From Candidatus Latescibacterota bacterium (GTDB lineage Bacteria; Latescibacterota; UBA2968; GCA-2709665), in NCBI GenBank assembly GCA_965248435.1, contig OZ252100.1, forward strand, positions 4,576,001-4,640,000: a stretch of DNA of 64,000 nucleotides. The letters run 5' to 3'. The notes beneath the pieces are model-generated. The model saw nothing but the letters and a program-made list of their open reading frames with translations. It was not told the origin of the DNA and did no database searches. The first letter of the stretch is position 1. Each line of letters starts with the position of its first letter. Shown here in pieces: positions 44,075 to 51,096 of this stretch. Both the position numbers and the translations under genes were made by a program.

Positions 44075-44328
44075 TGGGGGAATGGAGTAATGGAGTAGTG
44101 GAGTAATGGAGTAATGGAGTAATGGAGTAATGGAGTAGTGGAGTAGTGGAGTAATGGAGTAATGGAGTAGTGGAGTAATGGAGTAATGGAGTAATGGAGT
44201 AATGGAGTAATGGAGTAATGGAGTAATGGAGTAATGGAGTAATGGAGTAATGGAGTAATGGGAGGCGGAGCTAAGATTCTGGTTTTTCCAATACTCCAGC
44301 ACTCCAGTACTGCAATGCTCCAGAATCG
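44075..44328. repeat. Octamer fold-back element, copy 3: (TGGAGTAR)x22 plus a complementary arm
   Basis: 22 units at 44083-44258, a spacer, then CAATACTCCAGCACTCCAGTACTGCAATGCTCCAGAATCG. Confidence 0.93.
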
Positions 44329-44370
44329 CAAAGCTGTAAGGATGATTCTAAACTGAGGAAGAAACTCGAT

Positions 44371-45066
44371 TTGGAATATTTCGCAGAGCTCTGGACCGAA
44401 TTTCTCGAATTCCTGAGGACTCAGCCTCCGGCGGGGATCTATTTTTTCCTCTTCCTTGGCGCGTTTTTGGAGAACCTCGTTCCCCCCATCCCGGGCGATA
44501 CGCTGATCGTCTTCGGGGCATACCTGGCCGGGATCGGGATCATTCGAGCGATGCCGGCCTACCTCTCGATGTTCGCTGGAAGTGCGTTGGGATGCATGCT
44601 GGTCTACGTGCTGGCCTATTTAAAAGGTCGCGAGCTGTTCATGAAGTGGGAGCCGCGCATCTTCACGGAAGACCGAATGCGGCGCGGTGAGGCCTGGTTC
44701 GATCGCTACGGTCCGCGCGTGGTGATTTTCAACCGCTTCCTGCCCACGGTGCGGGCCTTCATCGGGGTGGTGGCCGGCTTGAGCAGGATGCATCCGGTTC
44801 GGATGTTTGCCTACGTGCTTTTGGCTACCCTTTTGTGGAACAGCCTGCTCGTCTATTTCGGGTTGATGGTGGGTGAAAACTGGGGTCTGGTCGTCGATGT
44901 GCTGAAGGCCTATAATCGGGTACTGATCGTCCTGATGGTGATCGCCGTGGCAGGCTATTTCCTGTGGTGGCGGAAGCGGAAGCGACCGAAGGCTGGCGAG
45001 GAAACGGAGTCGGAATCAGCATCGGAACCTGTGGACCGCCAGGCCGAGTCGGGAGGAGCGACATGA
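44371..45066 (+). CDS. DedA-family membrane protein
   Basis: ENLVPPIPGD, WFDRYG and RFLPTVRAFI...AG motifs. Confidence 0.9.
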   Translation: MEYFAELWTEFLEFLRTQPPAGIYFFLFLGAFLENLVPPIPGDTLIVFGAYLAGIGIIRAMPAYLSMFAGSALGCMLVYVLAYLKGRELFMKWEPRIFTEDRMRRGEAWFDRYGPRVVIFNRFLPTVRAFIGVVAGLSRMHPVRMFAYVLLATLLWNSLLVYFGLMVGENWGLVVDVLKAYNRVLIVLMVIAVAGYFLWWRKRKRPKAGEETESESASEPVDRQAESGGAT

Positions 45067-46178
45067 AGAAGAAGGTTCGGGTCGGAGTGCTTTTCGGAGG
45101 GAAATCGGCCGAGCACGAGATCTCACTGCTTTCTGCCAGGAATGTGGTCGAGTCGATCGACAGGCAGAAGTATGACGTTGTCCTCATCGGGGTCGACAAG
45201 ACGGGGCAGTGGTCTCTGAGCGATGGCGCGGGCCTTCTGGAGGAGGCCAACCCGGACCGTCTCCCCGCACTGAAGGAGGGGAGCGAAGCGGAGGGAGTGA
45301 CCCTCGTTCCCACCTCGGGGGGAGGAGAGCTTCTTCGGACCTCTGATGGGGGGGCGGCGCCACCGGTGGACGTGATCTTTCCGGTAATGCACGGGCCGTT
45401 CGGCGAAGACGGCACGGTGCAGGGGCTCTTGAAGCTGGCCGACATCCCGTTCGTCGGGGCGAGCGTGCTGGGTTCCGCTGTTGCGATGGACAAGGATGTG
45501 ATGAAGCGCCTGCTGCGCGATGCGGGGATCCCGATTCCGGCCTTTTTGGCCGTGACCCGCTCGCAGCGATCAGACCTGAGCTACAGCGCGGTCGCGGATC
45601 AGCTCGGCGTGCCGTTTTTCGTGAAGCCGGCCAACCTGGGTTCTTCTGTGGGCATCAGCAAAGTGCACGAGGAGGGGGAATTTCTTCCGGCGATCGCGGA
45701 TGCGTTCGAATACGACGACAAGATTCTGATCGAGGAAAACATTCTCGGACGGGAGATCGAGTGTTCTGTCCTTGGCAACGAGGACCCGATCGCGTCTAGG
45801 ATCGGAGAGATTATTCCGAAGCACGAATTCTACTCTTACGAAGCGAAATACCTGGATGAAAACGGCGCGATTCTGAAGATCCCCGCCGAGCTTCCCGAAG
45901 ATACCGTCAAGGAAGTGCAGGACGTCGCGATCAGAAGCTTCAAGGTGCTCTGCTGTGAAGGCATGGCCCGCGTAGATCTGTTCCTGACGGAGAAGAACGA
46001 AGTGGTTCTGAACGAGCTGAACACAATTCCGGGATTCACGCGGATCAGCATGTATCCAAAGCTCTGGGAGGCGAGCGGCATGTCTTACACGGAGCTGGTT
46101 GACCGATTGATTCAGCTGGCGATAGATCGGTACGAGAGGGAGCAGAAACTAAAGACCTCTTATGATGACGAGGGGTAG
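45063..46178 (+). CDS. ddl: D-alanine--D-alanine ligase
   Basis: FGGKSAEHEISL, HGPFGEDG, KPANLGSSVG, FYSYEAKY and NELNTIPGFT motifs. Confidence 0.96.
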   Translation: MKKKVRVGVLFGGKSAEHEISLLSARNVVESIDRQKYDVVLIGVDKTGQWSLSDGAGLLEEANPDRLPALKEGSEAEGVTLVPTSGGGELLRTSDGGAAPPVDVIFPVMHGPFGEDGTVQGLLKLADIPFVGASVLGSAVAMDKDVMKRLLRDAGIPIPAFLAVTRSQRSDLSYSAVADQLGVPFFVKPANLGSSVGISKVHEEGEFLPAIADAFEYDDKILIEENILGREIECSVLGNEDPIASRIGEIIPKHEFYSYEAKYLDENGAILKIPAELPEDTVKEVQDVAIRSFKVLCCEGMARVDLFLTEKNEVVLNELNTIPGFTRISMYPKLWEASGMSYTELVDRLIQLAIDRYEREQKLKTSYDDEG

Positions 46179-46218
46179 AGGCCGTGAATCGTGGATCGTG
46201 GATGGTCGTTCCTAGCCT

Positions 46219-46246
46219 GTAGAGACGCCCCGGTGGGGCGTCTCTA
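46219..46246. repeat. GTAG-type REP-like palindrome, copy 2
   Basis: GTAGAGACGCCCC-GGT-GGGGCGTCTCTA. Confidence 0.75.
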
Positions 46247-46313
46247 TGGCGATTTTAGGCGCCCGGGTGGGCGGCGACCGGTGTCTAGATCGGCCGGGGT
46301 GGGTCGTTCGGCA

Positions 46314-46368
46314 GCGGGGGAATGAATTCCCGCGCTGGATAGCGCAAAGTCCGCCCTCGGGCGGACTC
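46314..46368. repeat. REP-like double hairpin, copy 2
   Basis: Near-identical to 37244-37300. Confidence 0.8.
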
Positions 46369-46433
46369 GCCAGCTGGATCGTGGATCAGAAAAACGCGGC
46401 GTTCGGTTCCATTATCAGGTAAGAATTCATCAC

Positions 46434-47852
46434 ATGGCCATTCAATTTTATAATACGCTTACTCGCACAAAAGAGACGTTGAAACCCATAAGGCCCGAAG
46501 TGGTTACGTTTTACAGCTGCGGGCCGACGGTCTACGATTACAGCCACATCGGAAACTTCCGCGCCTTCCTGACAGCTGACCTGGTCAAGCGCTACCTGAA
46601 GTATCGCGGTTTCCAGGTCAAGCACGTGATGAACATTACCGACGTGGACGACAAGACGATTCGGAATTCAAGGGCTGAGGGGGTGACCCTCGAGGCGCTG
46701 ACCGGGCGCTACACAGATGCATTCTTCGAGGATCTGAAGCGGCTGAACATCCAACCCGCGGACGAATACCCCAGAGCGACGGAGCATATCCAGGAGATGG
46801 TCGAGATGGTGACCGGGCTGATCGAGGATGGATACGCTTACCGGCGCGACGGCTCAGTCTACTTTTCCATCCAGAAGTTCCAGACCTACGGAGAGCTGGC
46901 GAACCTGGACGTAAAAAACCTGAAGATGGGCGCGAGCGGGGTGGATGCGGACGAATATGACAAAGAGAACGCAAGGGATTTCGTGGTCTGGAAGGGGTGG
47001 CAGGAGGAAGACGGGGAGGTGTTCTGGGACACGGACCTGGGCAAAGGGCGCCCGGGGTGGCACCTGGAGTGCTCCTGCATGTCGATGAAGTATCTGGGCG
47101 AGACGATCGATATCCACGCAGGCGGCGAAGACCTGGTTTTTCCGCACCATCAGAACGAGATCGCCCAAAGCGAGGCGGCAACAGGGAATAAGTTTGCGAA
47201 CACGTGGCTGCATAATGCCTACATGAAGATCGATGAGCAGAAGATGTCCAAGAGCACGGGGAATTTTCTGAGGCTCCAGGACGTCGCAAGCTCGCCGGAC
47301 GATGTCCGCGCGCTTCGCTACCTGGTCGTGGCTTCTCATTATCGGATGCCGCTCAACTTTACGATGGAGGTGCTGCAGGGGGCAAAGGGGGCGCTGCGCC
47401 GACTGAATAATTTTCGCACCCGACTGAAGGAAGTCGAGCTGAAGGCCGGCGGGACGGATCCCTCCGAGCTCGTCGAAACGGCGAAGACCGAATTCGTCCG
47501 TCATATGGATGACGATCTGAACAGCCCGCGTGCGGTGGCGGCCCTGTTCGATCTGGTGAACGAGCTGGAGCCGCTGTTGAATGAAGGAAAGCTGGACCGG
47601 TCGGTCGCCGGTCAGGTGGATGCCTTGATCGAGGAGGTGGACCAGGTGCTGGGCGTGTTCTACGCGCTGCCGGAGGAGGGAGAGGAGGAGGCGCTTCCAG
47701 AGGAGGTAAAGACGCTGATCTCAGAGCGCGAAGCGGCACGCGTGGCCCGCGACTGGGCGAAGGCGGACGAGATTCGTGATCAGGTTCTAGAGCTTGGATA
47801 TGTCCTGGAAGACACGCCGGAAGGGACGGAGTGGAAGAGAAGTGGAACGTAA
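46434..47852 (+). CDS. cysS: Cysteine--tRNA ligase
   Basis: CGPTVY, HIGN, GRPGWHLEC, FPHHQNE and KMSKS motifs. Confidence 0.97.
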   Translation: MAIQFYNTLTRTKETLKPIRPEVVTFYSCGPTVYDYSHIGNFRAFLTADLVKRYLKYRGFQVKHVMNITDVDDKTIRNSRAEGVTLEALTGRYTDAFFEDLKRLNIQPADEYPRATEHIQEMVEMVTGLIEDGYAYRRDGSVYFSIQKFQTYGELANLDVKNLKMGASGVDADEYDKENARDFVVWKGWQEEDGEVFWDTDLGKGRPGWHLECSCMSMKYLGETIDIHAGGEDLVFPHHQNEIAQSEAATGNKFANTWLHNAYMKIDEQKMSKSTGNFLRLQDVASSPDDVRALRYLVVASHYRMPLNFTMEVLQGAKGALRRLNNFRTRLKEVELKAGGTDPSELVETAKTEFVRHMDDDLNSPRAVAALFDLVNELEPLLNEGKLDRSVAGQVDALIEEVDQVLGVFYALPEEGEEEALPEEVKTLISEREAARVARDWAKADEIRDQVLELGYVLEDTPEGTEWKRSGT

Positions 47853-48031
47853 TCGGAAAAGCTGGATCACTAAAAGACACGAAATCCCACGAAAACACAC
47901 GAAGCCCCACCTCCCCCGCATACTTATGAGCTGATTGCGATTCACGATCGACGAACGACGCAATCGGAATATAGGAAGGAAGAGCAAAAAGTTTACTGAA
48001 GGGCGAATTGACTCGCTGCGTACCTACCGAA

Positions 48032-48104
48032 GCCGCCTTAGCTCAACCGGTAGAGCAACGGATTTGTAATCCGTAGGTTGGGGGTTCGAGTCCCCTGGGC
48101 GGCT
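48032..48104 (+). tRNA. tRNA-Thr (anticodon TGT), CCA not encoded
   Basis: Cloverleaf: acceptor GCCGCCT/GGGCGGC, D arm GCTC/GAGC, anticodon arm ACGGA-TTTGTAA-TCCGT, T arm GGGGG-TTCGAGT-CCCCT. Confidence 0.95.
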
Positions 48105-48164
48105 TTAAAACACGTGGATCGTGGATCGTCGCTCGTCGTTCGCAAGCAGAAGTCAGTTCACCGC

Positions 48165-49166
48165 TTGGACCTTGCCCGGGAGTGGGCTCAGACGGTTAAA
48201 GCGGATGCCATTCGCGGCGAGATTCGCGGAAATAGGAAGCTGGAGCCCATACCGTTTGGCACATTCGCTGATGAATACCTGAAGGTCTGGGGTCTTAAGC
48301 GGAAACCAAGCACTGTTGAACGAGAGAAGACCCGCATTGATGGAATCCTAAAACCATATTTCGGACAGAAACCCATCCATACCATTTCCCGCAAGGATAT
48401 TGACGTCTATATTGCCAGGCGCATGAGCGGCGAATTTCGCATACGCATCTCCGGAGGTATCTCCAAGGCAACCGCGAACAGAGAACTTTGTCGTTTGAAG
48501 AACATGCTTCAGAAAGCTGTCGAGTGGGCATACCTACCGAGTAATCGAGCCGAAGGGATCAAGCAGGAACCGGAGAATGTTGAGGAAGCTGACCTTCTAA
48601 GCGAGGAGGAAGTAGCCAGCCTGTTGGAGGCCTGTGACGAAAATATTCAAGCCCTGGTGGTAGCAGCTGTTAATACTGGTATGAGATGGGGAGAGTTAAT
48701 GGCGCTCGAATGGAGGGATATTGACTTTGAGCGGACGCTGATAACTGTGCGGGATTCCAAGAATAATGAGACACGTTATGTACGAATGAATACGGCTGTC
48801 AGCCAAGCCCTGGAATCTCATCAGCGAAATCAGGCACAGAAAGCTGGGGGCATCGGTCCGATTGTCTTCGCAAACCAAGATACAGGCAAGCCCTATCGGG
48901 ACATCCGCGGACCTTTTTACAGAGCTCTACGCAAGGCTGGAATAGCTCGGCACTTTGCTTTTTACGGCCTTCGGCACACAGCTGCCAGCCATCTGGTCAT
49001 GGCAGGTGTTGATCTCCGAACAGTAGGGAAGATCCTTGGACATAAGACGGCTCAGATTACCCTTCGATATGCCCACCTTGCCGAAGACCATCTGAAGGGC
49101 GCCGTTGACAAGCTCGATTTCTCACCCGCAAGGTTCGAAGCGAATCGCGTGGATAAAAGCCTATAA
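48165..49166 (+). CDS. Phage-type tyrosine integrase, probably 5'-truncated
   Basis: ATANREL, NTGMRWGEL, SKNNETR, FYGLRHTAASHL and LGHKTAQITLRYAH motifs. There is no convincing RBS or ATG. The track start (48078) lies inside the tRNA, so the start given here is approximate. Confidence 0.8.
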   Translation: MDLAREWAQTVKADAIRGEIRGNRKLEPIPFGTFADEYLKVWGLKRKPSTVEREKTRIDGILKPYFGQKPIHTISRKDIDVYIARRMSGEFRIRISGGISKATANRELCRLKNMLQKAVEWAYLPSNRAEGIKQEPENVEEADLLSEEEVASLLEACDENIQALVVAAVNTGMRWGELMALEWRDIDFERTLITVRDSKNNETRYVRMNTAVSQALESHQRNQAQKAGGIGPIVFANQDTGKPYRDIRGPFYRALRKAGIARHFAFYGLRHTAASHLVMAGVDLRTVGKILGHKTAQITLRYAHLAEDHLKGAVDKLDFSPARFEANRVDKSL

Positions 49167-49457
49167 AGACTCCAGGGATTTTCGTTCGAAAGAATCAGGG
49201 CCTTCACTCCTTTGTGATGGCCCTACTTGTATGTCCCTCTAAGCACCTCATGAATGCCATTTATATTCAGGCTTTTCAGGTTATTTCGTCTAGTTTCATA
49301 AGCGTTTGTGCTGTATAGACAAAGGCCGAGGACATTTGTATATTGATTCGTGGTATTTCGGCCGGTTTTGGCTTGGCTTGTTAGAAAATTGTTAGAAAAC
49401 CCCGTGCTGGTTCTATAAGTAGCATTCACGAACAGGTTCAGATTATTTCCCTGTGGG

Positions 49458-49946
49458 GTGGATTCTGCGAAGTTCGTGATATACCCCGCTTCAACAGTCT
49501 CGCACTCAAAGAGCCGCTACGCAGAGCCGGTGCCGGCGTTTGAAGTGGAGATTTTGGACACGGTAGAGGGAATGACGGTTGTCCGTTATGCCGGGGCGTC
49601 CAAGACACGTTCCCAAGAGAAGCTTGAGGAGGCCAAGGAGTTCATTCTGCAGCTTGCTGCTGGCGGCGAGACGCACCTTAGGATGGAAATTATCGAAAAG
49701 GGCACAATGGCAGGCCACAAGCGGGATGCCCTGGACGCCGCTCGTAAGGACCTGATAGGCGCAAAGGAAGTCATTTCGGTCGAGCAGGGCAGGAAAAAGG
49801 GCATACGGCTTCCTTCCGATGTTCCTGAGGATATATATACTTCCGGAAAGTCGGAAGATTGTTTGGTAAATGATCAGACAGACGAGGACACACCGGAGGT
49901 TGTGCAAGAAGAGAGTGCGGATGACCTGCTTAGGAGTGCGGTGTGA
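49458..49946 (+). CDS. Hypothetical protein, possibly a C-terminal remnant of a mobile-element replication (AAA/RepA-like) protein
   Basis: HSKSRYAEPVPAFEV followed by a helical segment resembles C-termini of element helicases. Weak evidence. Confidence 0.35.
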   Translation: MDSAKFVIYPASTVSHSKSRYAEPVPAFEVEILDTVEGMTVVRYAGASKTRSQEKLEEAKEFILQLAAGGETHLRMEIIEKGTMAGHKRDALDAARKDLIGAKEVISVEQGRKKGIRLPSDVPEDIYTSGKSEDCLVNDQTDEDTPEVVQEESADDLLRSAV

Positions 49947-49962
49947 AAAGGATTTTAGACCA

Positions 49963-50187
49963 ATGAATAAAAGGCCTACCCCTATGAAGGCCATACGAGC
50001 AAAATGCCTCGATTGTTGTTGCGGATCGACAAAGGAAGTTCGGCTTTGTCACATTACAGATTGCGGCCTATGGCCATTCCGGATGGGCCGAAGGCCAAGG
50101 CCCGATGATTTGACAGAAAATCCTGAGATAGCAAAGAGATTTTTCGGTTCTGAGGCAAATGAGGGGCGGCCTCGGGATTCTGGCTAA
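49963..50187 (+). CDS. Small Cys-rich phage-type protein
   Basis: TPMKAIRAKCLDCCCG...EVRLC...DCGLWPFRMG pattern typical of phage/prophage small proteins. Confidence 0.7.
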   Translation: MNKRPTPMKAIRAKCLDCCCGSTKEVRLCHITDCGLWPFRMGRRPRPDDLTENPEIAKRFFGSEANEGRPRDSG

Positions 50188-50349
50188 GTCCTGAGATTGT
50201 AAGGGTTGCCCGTCGGTCCAAACTTTCCGCATTTGGTGTCCATAAAACGTCTGCCAAATTGATCACCTAAGTCCTTGACTTACTTGGTCAATTTTTTGTG
50301 CCTTGGGTGCCCAAGAAACTACAGATTAATGGACAGAGAGGAGGCAGAA

Positions 50350-50406
50350 ATGGCAGCCAATGTAGGCAATAGAGCGGTCATATACGCTCGTGTGTCAACC
50401 CGTTGA
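50350..50406 (+). pseudogene. Serine recombinase N-terminal stub
   Basis: RBS GAGGAGG, then ATG encoding MAANVGNRAVIYARVSTR-stop, which includes the catalytic YxRVST motif. Confidence 0.75.
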
Positions 50407-50693
50407 AGAGATACGCAGGCTGCGTAGACAAGAGAAACTCAGCCTGAGAGAGGTAGGGAAGAGGCTATCAGTTTCGAAAAGTACTGTTGAGAACTACGCC
50501 TAGACCGCCGTGCCTAGACCACCCTGGGGGGAGCCCCCGGGGTGGGGGGCCCTTCGACAGGGGGGCGTGGGGTACGTGTAGAAAAACGATAGGGAGCAAA
50601 AGCAGTTCCCCACCCCCATTTCCGTACATCTATGAAAATTCCTGCAAATCCGGACTGAGAGAATTGATTTGGCAGTAATCGTTGTGCTGAGTT

Positions 50694-50900
50694 ATGTTGG
50701 CCACTAACTTGCAAGACATGACACCGGAACAGAAAGCAATCCAGGGCCACGGCACCGATAGGTCAGGCGCAGAGCTTCCCACGCGATTCATCGCCATTGC
50801 GTTCTTTCTTACGATCGCGGCGATGGTTGGCCTGGGGTACCAGGTGTGGCGATCCTATGAAAACCTGAGTTCAATCCAGCGTTCGATCGTTGAGTCGTAG
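50694..50900 (+). pseudogene. Probable N-terminal fragment of a membrane sensor
   Basis: One TM helix and the start of a periplasmic helix, then a stop. Lies just upstream of the sensor cluster. Confidence 0.4.
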
Positions 50901-51096
50901 CATTTCGTCCGGTGTATCAATTTGACACCAGCGATTAGAAGGCTTTAGCGCAGAGTGCCGCCGCTAATAGGCGATTATATCGGTTGCGCTATCCTATGTA
51001 TCGTGAGCAACGCTGGATGACAACCTGACGAGTTCTTAAGGCAGCGTTCGCCACGCTTTACCAGGGCGGGTTGCTTGAAAGCAAAGGACGTCGGCT

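Noticed and set aside
44075-44328. Possible CRISPR array, or ORFs with ITPLLHYS repeats (also at 11317-11876)
   Set aside because: The units are contiguous octamers without unique spacers, and no cas genes are present. The peptides are just translations of the repeat.
48078-48164. Integrase ORF starting inside the tRNA (split-integrase model)
   Set aside because: The intervening DNA is a host-type heptamer repeat and there is no RBS. Chance read-through into a truncated gene is simpler.
50520-50575. G-rich tract as a G-quadruplex or phage packaging site
   Set aside because: Competing C runs favour ordinary hairpins, and there are no terminase or HNH genes in view.
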